Origin: Trypanosoma brucei
Taxonomy: Eukaryota
NCBI GenBank assembly: GCA_000002445.1
Contig: AE017150.2
Span: forward strand, 128,001-192,000
DNA length: 64,000 nt
Direction of reading: 5' to 3'
The notes below the pieces were generated by a model. That model made no database searches, had not been told where the DNA came from, and worked only from the letters and a program-made list of their open reading frames with translations. A program made the translations under genes and the position numbers. This document shows positions 1-12,200 of the stretch, one piece after another (position 1 is the first letter of the stretch; the number at the start of each line of letters is the position of its first letter).

Positions 1-711
1 TTATCTGACATTAGCAATAGCGCACTTAATGATATTTTTCTCTCTCGATCCATTACGTCACTCAACCTAGCCTCCAGTTGGAAACTAACAGACATATCTC
101 ATATATCAAACCTTACGGCACTGGAGGAATTGAATCTGAGAAGATGTTACCCCATAACTTCAGGCTGGGAAGCACTAAGCGAATTACCACGACTTCGTGT
201 GCTCAACTTGGAATCCGCCAGTGTCACGACCCGTTACGATGGATATTATATCAGCAGATGCAAATCCCTCGTCACACTCAACCTTGAATCGTGTGATATG
301 ACCGATGCTTCATGTCTTGCTAATATCAAGACACTGGAGGAGTTGCATATAGGGAGATGCAAAGAGCTAAGGCGGGGGTTTAGTCCACTTTTCACTCTTC
401 CGCGGTTGCGCATTCTTAACTTGATTTGTTCTCTCATTAAAGATGAAGATCTCAGGGAAATTCAACCACCCCATACCATTGAGGAGCTCAATCTCTCTTA
501 TTGTGAAAATCTTAATGATATCACACCACTTGGGAGAATAAAATCAATTAAAAAATTGCATCTCCGTCAGAGCCATGATGCCAGAAGGCCTACAGAAGGA
601 TTCAGAAGTCTTTTGGAATTGCCATGTCTTTCTTGGGTTGACCTAAACAACGTGTGTGGCTGGTCCGATGTTTATGTTGAACTGAGAAAGAGGAGGGTAT
701 ATATCCGTTAA
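1..711 (+). CDS. Leucine-rich repeat protein (LRRP) paralog, C-terminal about 236 codons. The 5' part of the gene lies upstream of the window.
   Basis: Frame 1 is open from base 1 to the stop at 709-711. The translation (LSDISNSALNDIFLSRSITSLNLASSWKLTDISHISNLTALEELNL...) is about 93% identical to the C-terminus of the complete LRRP at 30854..35038 (nt 34328..35038). It has the cysteine-containing LRR consensus LxxLxLxxCxxITD. Confidence 0.8.
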   Translation, partial: LSDISNSALNDIFLSRSITSLNLASSWKLTDISHISNLTALEELNLRRCYPITSGWEALSELPRLRVLNLESASVTTRYDGYYISRCKSLVTLNLESCDMTDASCLANIKTLEELHIGRCKELRRGFSPLFTLPRLRILNLICSLIKDEDLREIQPPHTIEELNLSYCENLNDITPLGRIKSIKKLHLRQSHDARRPTEGFRSLLELPCLSWVDLNNVCGWSDVYVELRKRRVYIR

Positions 712-2840
712 TATGTGATCCATTGTTTCACTTTGTATAATTGGAACCACTTATTACTGAGAATACGTTATTAAATTTAACAGCCAGTTCGAGTGGTTCG
801 CTCACTGTAGGCACTATTACTCAAACAGATACCAGTAACAATTCACATGGATGATATTGTATGTTACACTATCTTAAATACGAGAAATACGAGGATTTCA
901 TTACAGTTATTTAAGTGCTTCGTATTTCACTAAGTCATACCAATCATATATTGTGAAGAATAAAGAACAGTTAGGAAAGTGTGTGTGTGTGTGTATGCAC
1001 AAGGCTTTTTTCTCAGTGGTAATTTGTATTTTAGTTGCAAGCGTAGTAATTATTATATTACGCTCATTTATACTACAGCCATATCAAATGAATATCTCAT
1101 TTCCTGTATGTTTTTCTGTCTTTACAGCCACATACTCTCACCCAAATGTCGAATGAAATATTATCGTTATTATTATTACTATTATTTCTATCGTTCTTAT
1201 TGTTATTACATGAAACACAACATTCACATTTAATTTTTACTCATAGCCACACCCGAAAAGTAAAAGCACTCAACATTCTACAGTACTGTATACCTGTCAA
1301 TGATATGAGGAAGTGAAGTTTATATACCATTAAAGTATAGTGAATATATTTCATTATTCTTATTATTATTTGTTTTACTGAAAGAAATGACAGAGTGACT
1401 TTACAATAAATTATATCAGAGCACCATCTTGACCACCAAGTTCTTACATGGGAGAGGATAAAACAACACATTACGTGTCTCGTGATTCTTTTTTACACTT
1501 GCCACTGGTATATCTATATTCTCAAATAGTGCGATTGAATATTCTCGTTTCATTAAAATATTATATTATAACTTGTTGTATTTGTTTGGTTTTTTAATAA
1601 CATAATTTATTTTACTACATTTCCTTTCAGAATTATTTGTGCCAAATATTTGTAAAGATGTCATACATTCCGAATACCCTTGCGCAGCAAAGGGTTGTGT
1701 ACCGCCTTAATTCATTAACATTTGTGCTACATGTGCATGGTAAAGTGTATTAAACATTTCACTGGTTTTGGGAAATATTATTTTCTTTCTTACAACATGA
1801 TGCCTCAGAAGGACTGAAGGCGAGACCAAATCCTTTCATTTTTTTTATTTTCCTTTTCTTACCGTATCCGTATATGTTTATGACTTTCCAGCAAACACTG
1901 CCGAGGTGAATTATGTATTCCTTCATATTTACTTTTTATTTGACAATAACAAGAAAAGGATTTCCTCCTCACACACTTAAATTAATTAGACACTGCTGTT
2001 AGCTGATAAGTTACAGAAAGCCGCACATTTAAGTTACACAAATCCACACCGATTCGAAATAGTAAAATATCAAATATTATGTATTTATTTGAGGAAAAAA
2101 AAGAGACGAAAAGCAGCGCTGCATCTGAAGCAAGATGCATGTGAAATCGAAGAACAACTGTCATTTGAATATCACATCCCCAAATTGTTTCGCTTACATT
2201 ATTAGCAGTAAATTCTTACGGAACTTGGGAAGTGAATGACTACTGAAATTAAAAGCATGAGGACGCACTGCGATGGCACATGAGAGAAACATTGGTGGGA
2301 TTTTTATATATTGGAAAGTGGAGTGGCTTTAAGGTGTTTTACATGATGTTTAGTTGGAGATTGAAATAATTCAGGAAATAGTGAAAGACTGTTATGATAC
2401 AGGAATTTTTTCGTTTACTAATTTCAAGCGCACTTCCACGACGCACCATTTTCGGTTTACATTGCAAGAAGTGGTATGATATTTGCAACCGCTTATTTCT
2501 TATTTATTTATTTTTTCGAGTTTATATAAGTGTGGTTTGGTGACGTGGAAAATTTTAGCATGTGGTTAATGTCTTTATGACAAGAAACTGCTCTGCTCGA
2601 GCTATGGTATTGGAAGGTTAAATATAAATTAGATGTTTTATGAGTTAATCAAATGCTGAATGCTTCAACTGACTCACTCTTCAAACCAAAACACTTTCTC
2701 AGCTTTTCCACTCTCAGCTAAAAATGTAGTTCAGTTTCCAAACAGCACACCACATCTCATTCACCATCGGGTAAAGAGATATTTTTTGTATGGTCAACAC
2801 GAAAGTGGAGAAATGCAGAAAGTAGAAATAAAATAAAGAA

Positions 2841-2857
2841 TATATATATATATATAT
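2841..2857. repeat. (TA)n microsatellite. The paralogous copy is at 37141..37161.
   Basis: tatatatatatatatat read directly. Confidence 0.9.
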
Positions 2858-5499
2858 CGAATTATGTTGGAACTGCAGGTATCATTCAACCTAAGAGAAA
2901 AAGCACCTTTCCTTCTGTTGTGAGCCGCAACCATACCGTGATGAAGTTACAAGTGGAAGGAGTTGACTCAAATCATTCATCACCTAATATCTGTAATGTG
3001 AATATTTTTGTTTAGAGATATTCGTATGTTAATAAGAGACCATTATGCAGAGGGAAGAACAACCGACGACTGCAACCTAAAACCCGTAATTTTCGGACTG
3101 TAATAAACTTTAATAGTTTCATTTAATTATGTAAAGATGGCATCAGCAGATTACACTTGTAAGCTGTTTGAAGTCAAAACAACGATACACGGAAGGGAAT
3201 GTGCAAGTGGTGATTTAAATTGCATGTTTATGAGAAATTTGTATTGTGAATCAACTGTTGAAATATGTTGCGCGATATTAACAGCAGATTTTTTTTCTTC
3301 ATATTATTCTTCTTTTCTTTTCTTTTTTTTGCTTGTTTGTCGAACAATCTGAGGTTTAGTTGATATATTCCTGAGTTTCATCACATGTGTTTCTGTTTAT
3401 ATAATACCAATCGTTACAAACTAAATATCTGCAGTAAGTATATTAAAAACATACGATTTATTGCTACCTCTTGCTTCATTTCTCTTTATTCAAACGGCAC
3501 TTTCTTTTAATCTTGTAAATAATGTTTTTATCGTTGTTTCATTTGTTTGCACACTTAATCCTCTGCGCACGCTGTTGTATTTATTTGCTTCTACACACTC
3601 ACAAAAAAAAAATATATATATATATATATCATTTTGAAACAAATCGCGGTTGTGACTGATGTTTGTTCTGTTTGCGTCGTATTATAAGGGGAATGTAAGT
3701 TTCGTTGATTAAACATTTCATGACGCATCATTACCGAGTTGTTTGTTATGAACTCATAATTAACCATGAGACAGGTTTTCACGAGTAACACTCCCTGCAT
3801 AAATGCAATGCACTGAAGGAATGTAATTTTATTTATTTATTTATTATTACTACCATTTTTATTACCATTATGATTGTCAGTATTAATATTCAGGTTTTCA
3901 TCCATCACTATTTTATTTTTGATATTTTTTTCCAACATCTGTTTCAAGCAACATGGTCGATTGGAAATAATGTAGACATCAATGGTTAGAGAAACTTTGA
4001 TTTGCCTTGACCGTGCAGATGCGCAAAGTTCAAAAGGTTTCAGAAAGGTGATGGGGGAAGTTTAACCATATTTTTTTATTACTGAATTATTTCTCTCAAA
4101 TGCTTTTTTTCTTTTGTATTGCACTTACATTCAAAACCAATTGGGCAGCGCTTTGAAGGCAGTGAAGTGGCGTATGGAAATATTTGCGTATTGGGTGGTT
4201 CTTTAAATTGTGATGATTACGTTCCTAACGGTGATGGAAAAAAATTAACATATGAATGTGTGTTCAATAATAATAATAATAATTAAATGCCAAGTTCCCT
4301 TACTTTCTGTATCAAATAGTGAGTCTGTTTTCTAATCTCATTTTTTTAAAATGCGTATCGAGGTTTAGGAGGCACAATGTTGCTTAAAACTCAACTCTCA
4401 CGAAAATGACACAAATTAAGGGAAGCTTCTATCGCAGCCACCATTTCCATGTGTGCAACAGTAATCGAGTCATTGTAACAATTTTTTTTTTGCGCGTGTG
4501 AAGTGTGAAATCCTCATGAGAACTCAAAATTTACTACAATAATACTCATTATGCAAGGTGCTTTGAGTGGGGAAGGCGGTGCAGACTCAAATATCCAAAA
4601 CAATTTATTTTCCCATATGGCAGAACGAACGGAAGCTGTAGTGAAACATACACTGCAAAGCGAGAAAAGTATATCTCCTGGTGCCGACACTCTCCAACGA
4701 TGTGAACACAAAACCCTTCATTTACGAACAGGAGGCTTCAGTTTGTTTATTTGTTTGTTTGTTTTTGAATCCATTCCTCACATCAGCGTCCAAAATTAAA
4801 TACAGGGAATTCAGAACCTTTATCATGACCATGATTGCTGTGTCTTGTAAGATGATACATATTTTATGATAGGAACTTACTGGGAACCAGCAGTCAACAA
4901 AAGAAATACGAAAGAACACAACAGTGATAAACATATATTACCTTGAAGCTACATGTGTACGTTTGCACGGAATTAGCTCAGTGGTATTTTCGAACTCAGA
5001 GAATGGCACGTGTGCTACAGTCAGATAAAATGAATAAAATACCAAATCTCGTGGATCAATTAATGTATTTGAAAATAGAATCTCATGCTGTATGGTCCTT
5101 AGAGGCATGAAAATAGATTCAATAACGCTAAGGTGTGACAGTGTTGAGGCATCTGTTAATCAACATGCGTTGAAAGTGGGGGAAATGTCAGTGAATATCT
5201 GAGGTAGCGCCAAACTATTTTTTTTTAATGGCCACAAAATGCTGCAGTGGAGCACTGTGGAAATATTTTCATTGGATAGAAAAATGTGTGAGGAAAGTTT
5301 ATTAAATTTGTTTGAGATTTATAACTGTTCTACCTGAGTAACTGTGTGCGTGCTTTAGTACAGGAATCCCTTTGCGATAAAGCTTCTATTTCCTTTACAA
5401 AGAAACACTAAGAAGCCGAATTAGTTATAAAAGCAAAGCAAATATTTTAATCAAGAACAATATTCAATGTTTTGCTTCAGGACAAAAAAACACTTATTC

Positions 5500-6240
5500 T
5501 GGGAAAAAAGCGTCTGAGGGGACGTGAAGCAAGAGTTGATAATGTTTTCAGTTTATATGGCTCCCTATGCAATGCAAAGTGAAGTCACATTATAATGGAC
5601 AACGAAACTCAACTGCTCGGGATGGAGTTTGTTGATGGAACGCGTAGTGGAAATATAATGTGGAAGGATGAAGAACTTAATGTTGTCCCTGAAATTGAGG
5701 AAGCCGTTAAGAAACCAGAGTGCAGGGAAGAAGTTGAAGCAATGGTTCTAACATCTCAAATGGGGTGATAATAGGCCAAGTTCACCAACGGAAGTAACAA
5801 AAACATATTCATCCGTAGAGAAGAGTTCCGCGTATGGAATGTTGTAAGGAGTGGAATTGAATTATGGCGTACACAACGTGCTTTACCGGGATGTCCTGAT
5901 TTTCCACGATCATACGCTGCCATTGTTAACCCTGGGATTGGAAAATCTCAGAATTTGGGTTCTTTTATCCTCTACAAGTTATTGCATTGTGATGCGGAAG
6001 AGTTGCCTATTGTTGCGTACTTCTGTGGCATGGCAGTGCTAATATTTGAAACCAACTGATGGACCCTTCGGCATGATCAAGAGAGATAGAGGATACGCAG
6101 CTTTCATGCTGGACGGAAGCATGCCAAGCATTAGTCATTTTTTCTGCTACGCGTTTAATGAAAGTGTGCATTTATCTGAGTTGTCTGTGAATTGGGGAAG
6201 CGCTCTGACCAGTTCGTTTAATGAGCAAACTCCCATGGCT
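5500..6240 (+). pseudogene. RHS (retrotransposon hot spot protein) N-terminal fragment, degenerate. Related to the RHS subfamily of the gene at 51639..53663. Has in-frame stops and a frameshift.
   Basis: Translation contains ...SHIIMDNETQLLGMEFVDGTRSGNIMWKDEELNVVPEIEEAVKKPE...MVLTSQMG** then FIRREEFRVWNVVRSGIELWRTQRALPGCPDFPRSYAAIVNPGIGKSQNLGSFILYKLLHCDAEELPIVAYFCGMAVLIFETN*. It is about 90% nt-identical to 53040..53250 (minus) of the intact RHS. Weaker RHS similarity (WGSALTSSFNEQ vs WGSILISSHNER) continues in another frame to about 6240. Confidence 0.7.
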
Positions 6241-9200
6241 GAGTGTTGAACACACCTCATTGCGATGTCGGAATCCGGTGTATCTGCGAGAGGCGGGGAG
6301 ATTAAATGTTCGCGCGCATCCCGTCTTAAGAATTGCGGCAGTCGGACAGTAACGGACTGCCCGGGGGAGAAGGAAAAGCGGCGAAACCGTCGGTTTTCGG
6401 GATGGTGGGAAGCATCGGTGTGATCCTCCACGTGTATAAACATGATTCTTTCGGTATCTTTAGAGCGCTCTCAATGTTGAGATCTGTGGTGTTAAGCAGA
6501 ATACAGGTCTGATCTCAGGTGAGTCGCAGCGGAATTCTGGTGAACTCTCCCGGCCGAAAAGGACCACCTAAGCAAATAACTGCGCGAGAAAAGGGTAAAT
6601 GCCACATTTTTCACGAAACGTTATCATCAGAGGCGGAGGCGGAATCCACAGTGATGACTCGGTGTTGGAAGATTGATATGGCACGGCCCCTTAAGGGTCC
6701 ATAAGCGTGGAGATTGGCAATGGATGGGATCGGTGTGTCGAAAGGCTCACAAAAAAACAAACGAGCGAGTACTAAATACGATAGGTTGATCATATTGTCA
6801 CACTGGAGCTGCTAATTGCATCTGTATCGGCGTTTTTACACAAACGAAAACAATAACAAAGGAGGAATCGGGCATACGGTGGCCGACGTAACGTTTCAAA
6901 ACAGCCGGACACGGGATCCAACTACAACATCTGTCAACGGAAGATGATGCGCTGTGCAATGGCCCACGCAGTATATGATGGAAATAACCGGTACGAGGAA
7001 TGACGCGAGAACGTCCCATGTGTAACTGGTTTTCACCTCAAGTCATGGTCATCTACAGGTTATGTGGAATAGATGAAAATAATGGGGAATTGTGAAAGAC
7101 AAGGTTTGACAAGAGTTTTTCGCTGTCATCGTCATTATTCTTCGGAAAGTCAGCGTATGGGTTGTTATTATGGCGGCGCGAACTAAACCAGTCCGACGAC
7201 GGTCACTGCATTTTCCTCCCTCGCGACTACTGATATTTTCTCCGCTTTGTCCTTTTCCAAACATTTTTAATTCGTGAAGGTCTCACCATCTTTCCACTTC
7301 TTCCGGTAAAACTCTCTGCACCTGCTTTTCTATCCACACTCGCTGCGGTTTTCCACTTCAGAGTGTGGCCAGTAGCCTTCTCAGCTCGTCTTGCCATTTG
7401 TTTGGCTGTGCTCGCGCCTTCCGGCATTCTGTTAAAAGCTGCGTCTTCCTTCTGTTCCCGATGTCAACGACTGCTGTCCTTTTTACCTTTGCAGAATTCG
7501 CACGCTCTCAAGAATTTCCTGACATTTTGCACCTCTTCCCAGTTCTCTCGCCCACATCGTGGTCATTCCTATACCTGCGCTACGATAGCGTGACGGTTTT
7601 TACCATAGGCCTCGTCACCGAATCTAGCGCCGGTGTTTCCCGCGCCTGTGAACTTTCGCCCATGGTGTCCACGGCAAGTCGTTTCGCAACGATCCTTATT
7701 CCGCTGCATTTACAAGTTGCCGTTGGCTCTCTTTCCCACTTGGCGTCATGACAACAATGGCTGCGTTCGGCTTTGGCATATGGCTTGTGTACAGCATCTC
7801 TTTTTTCGCTTATTTATTTCGTGTGTCGAGGGAATGCTGCCGTTGGCATTGACGTTCCTGAACTCAGCAAGCTCCTGCGATCACTCACTTTCGTGAGTTC
7901 CATCAGCCGCAACTGTTGTGCTCTCGAGTTTGGCGTCGTGCTTTCGCTCGCTTAGCGTCTAGTTAAATGCCATCGCCATGGGCGTCTCCTGAGCAACAAG
8001 ACGTTTCTTCATACAAGCAACATTAGACTTACATTGTTGTGTCGTATGTGACGGAGGAAGACGCAGCTACGGTTTCAGGGTGGTGAGCTCCGTCCGTTTG
8101 TTTTTATCATCGGTGACAAATTCGATTACGCAGTTGTTTTACCCTTCTGTAACTTTCCCTTCCCCAGTTTCAACTGTACAGGTTTTCCTGAAAGTCATTC
8201 CCGTCTGACAAGTTGGTTTGTTTTTTCCTCCCTTTACCGCTTCCAACAAACAGAACGCCGTCCGCGACACAACTACACCTCTTTTCCCCTTTCCTTCCCC
8301 ACCAAAGAACATCGTTGAAAGTTCGATACTTTCAAAGCAACTTTAGCGTAAGAAGTTTTTTGGCGGCGATGCCTGAGAATAGTCAAGTCTCACTTCCCTA
8401 TAATATAGCAATAGAAAAAATATAACATAATTATAAAGAGTGCCTTCGTACAAACGAGTTTTACTGAAATATAAGTCACATCGTAAACGAAATTTATTGA
8501 TACTTATCTAACCGCCTCTATTACTTACAAAGCGGAAGTGTCTGAAAGTGTCCTTAACCCGCTTCCCGCGCTCCCCTTTGCTTGCTATTTGGACACCCAT
8601 GGGGTTATCCTTCTGAGGTCACGTAAAACTCCATGAAGAATCAATCCTTCCATTTTGCAGCACTCTCCGTCTATGGCTACGGCCTCATGAATCATGGCAT
8701 TGGAATGTGTGTTGTAATTCCCACCATATTTTTTAAAAAAATAATATGCATCATACTTGTGTTGACTACTCATACATGTAAGAGACTCTTCAATCTCTTT
8801 CATAAGGCAAATATTCAAAAGTGGACCGCAGTTTCACAAGTAGCACTTGCAGTTAAGAACTTCTCTTCCGAATTGATAAATAATAAAACCACTCCCATCA
8901 CCCTTGCATGGAAGCATCCGTTACCATCATGACCACAGTTGCTACAACTCGCTACGTGCTCACTGGTGTTTTCTTTACTAAAATGCACATCCATTTTTGT
9001 GTCAGCTGTAACGCATATGTGTGTATGTGTGTGTCTGTGTGTGGTGGCACGGTTAAATCATTGGGTCGCATCGGGACCATATTGCATCATGACAAATATC
9101 ATGCTACCATTTAAAAAAAAAGTAGCAGTATTATTAAGGAGAAAGCTATTGTTTTCTCACTCCTGCTGCCACGTACATCATGCATGATACAACAGTTTCC

Positions 9201-12200
9201 ATTTATTCTATAGTAGTTTTTTTTCATATTGCAAGGGATACTCGGAATTGTTGTGTCACTTTCGTTGTCCCAGCCATACTGTCTGCTTTTCATGGTTAAA
9301 CTAAAACTCCAATGAAATCACACTGTTGTGTCATCTTTTGCAAATCACCAATGATAGTAGTGTGCCTCACATTCCTCCATGTTCGTAACTATTTTGTTTC
9401 CACGACATTTAACCACGTCATGTGCCTCACACTGATAAATATGTTGCATATCCATGTTTGAGTCCTCAATCTTTCATGGGTCGATTGCTGCAGCCTCACG
9501 ACATCGGCGTCTTCTGAAAAGACCCTTGTGATGGTGTGTAAAACTCCAGGAGTCCATTTTATTAACTGATGGGGAGTTGATTCAAATTCATTAATTCCTC
9601 ATTTTAGTTAAGGCATCGGAACCCCAGCCGAATATTCTCAGGTAACTTCACTTGGGAGAGGAATGACTTTAGATCAAACACTGCCACCGACTGGTCATGG
9701 AGAGTATTTAAATACTGGGAAAAGTGACCCAATGGGACATATGCCTCATAATCATCCCTGCTCTTTTTAGCCTTTGGTCATGCAATAAACCAACGCCTTC
9801 TTCCAATTCTGTTTTTCCTCCATCACAAAGAATGGCACATAACCCATCCTGTCGTATGTCTCTTTGAAACTGTGCCAATGATACGCGGCTGCTTGATTAT
9901 TTGGGCATACTTTTCCACAATGTGCAGTTCAGATTTCCCTGTTTGATACTTTCTCTCTTTCTTTCTCTTTCTCCACATCATCTGTGCTATTCATAATGCT
10001 CCAAACCTCATCAAATTGTTTACTCGCTGCTTGCATCATCCTCTGTCGTATCCACGAAAAGGAAATTATTCCCACATTCATTTCCTATTGGAGAGGTGAA
10101 GTCTTTTTTTTTCCTCATCCCGTGATGTCACCTTCATTTCCCCTTATGAGTGTCAAGGAATGCTGTGCAATCGATAATTTGGGAAGATATTCACCGTTAT
10201 AAGTCCCGGCTTCCCTCACACTGAGGCTGCACATTTCTTCCAATTATATCTTACATCAAAAACATTAAAAGAATCGACTTGCTGACGGCAGCTGTCACAT
10301 ATCTGAGATACCGCACTGTGCTTCGTTGAAGTTCCATTGTGTAGATGTGCTTTCCCATTTGTATTAATAATATGTTGTCAATGTCGTGCTTCCATTGCAA
10401 CTACTGCCGCTCCGCGTGTCAGCAATGCTCTTCTCTTTATGGAATGTTCTATCATTACGTGTGGTCGTTTCAGTATGGTGTCACTTTTCCCCTTTGTGGT
10501 AATGGCTATGATTTTTCCTCTTTCCTCCAGAGGTTCCTCCCTATGACTTTTCTCACACTGGCAATGTCCTTTTCCCAGTTGATAATTATGCCTCGTGCGA
10601 CTCTGTGGGTATCGCTTTTGAATTTCTTTGGAAGGTTCCCCCCAAAATCCACTATTGAGGCTTGCCTGCCGTGTGAGTGTGGTATAACATATTCCTCTTT
10701 TTTGGGAGCTGTGTAATTTCTTTTTGCCATCAAATGGCTGGATGCAATTCATTCCATTGATATTGCAACTGGATACCACTCTGGACGGAACTTCCTGCAA
10801 GATATTATCGAATCCCCATTACAACATGTGTTGTGTTTGTTTGATGGGTTTACCTGTTACCGTATTGTAAAGACAGACCCAAAAACAAAATCCGCGTCGG
10901 TGTGTCCAATAGAAATGATGGAAGAGCTCTCCTGTACTGAAATGGCGTTGCTCTCTGAGAGTCGTAAACTTACAACAACAAATAGAAACGCAGTTACATT
11001 CTATACTGGCATGCGGTAATGATTTTCCGCCAATGCATAAAAACTCCGCATGATGAATTCCTATTGCTCACATGTTTTAGTCCTCAGCCACATTCACTTT
11101 GCTATTCTATTGGCTCCTGAAACCAATGCCATGATGTACGGATGGCTTTGTGTGTGGGAACTGCAATAAAAATAAAAATAATAATAATAACTCCTTTCAC
11201 CAATGAGTTTACTATTGGTTGCAAAAGTGCTCTTGGTGTCACTCCATTTTCTTTTTCAATCCTCAGCTGCTGAGGGGCTGCTGTATTTTTTAAAAAGAGT
11301 GACGCACCGTTTTATTCCCCACCCCTTTCAGGTGACTTCCTCCTGCACGGTTTATACTTTCCCATTGTAGAATGTTTTTCAAGGTGTTTCCTTTGTGAAG
11401 CTTTGGTTATGCTATAATTAAAGACCACTCAAATCCCTGCTTCAGGGAACTGTTGTTGCATTTATTCCCCTTTAATTGTTGCAAATTTGTTCACTTGACA
11501 AGTTGTACTGCGATGCTTCACTTTACCATATGTGTAACATCGTGTCTCGTTGGTTTGTAAAAATTCAAAAAGAACACATCAGGTGATATTCTTCTGTTCT
11601 TACTTCGTACATTCACATCTCTTCCCGTCAGTTCGGAAACTCCCACTCAAACTCACCACTCTGTGAAGATTTGTAATTTCCGTTATGGATGGACGTACTC
11701 AAGTGGACATGTTTGGCACTTCAAAACTAAGTTTTTTAAACTTACACCTTCCTTCTTTCATAGAGCTTCAGTGCGAGAGTAAAAGAATAGTTGAGTATTA
11801 TGAGAAAACATAAGCCCAAATATTCTCGATGCAAGTTTTCAATAAAAGCAAACGCATTGAGATGGTTTAGTGAACACATGCAGTATAATCCCTAGCAAAG
11901 GTATTATTCACACCCAATAAACAACTCAAACAAATAACACCAGCATACATATCGCAGACACATAAGTTGCACCTTCACAAACAAATGATGACTGCTGTGA
12001 CTCATCATGTGTAAAATATTATGAGAACAAAAACATAAATGTCCTTGATCTTCCATAAATGTATAGCACAATATTATTTTGCATTATCATCGGAAAAATA
12101 TTTTTTTTATATTGATATATATATTCAGCTAAAAGTCAAGAGTGAGCTCTGGCCTTGTAGAACTGTAAATGCGTGCATGTTCTGTTATTATTGTTTCCCA

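Noticed and set aside
775-800. T-loop-like GTTCGAGTGGTTCG motif (also at 35107), considered as a possible tRNA gene in the convergent strand-switch region.
   Set aside because: No complementary T-stem, acceptor stem or anticodon arm could be built around it. It is probably chance. A tRNAscan-SE run would settle it.
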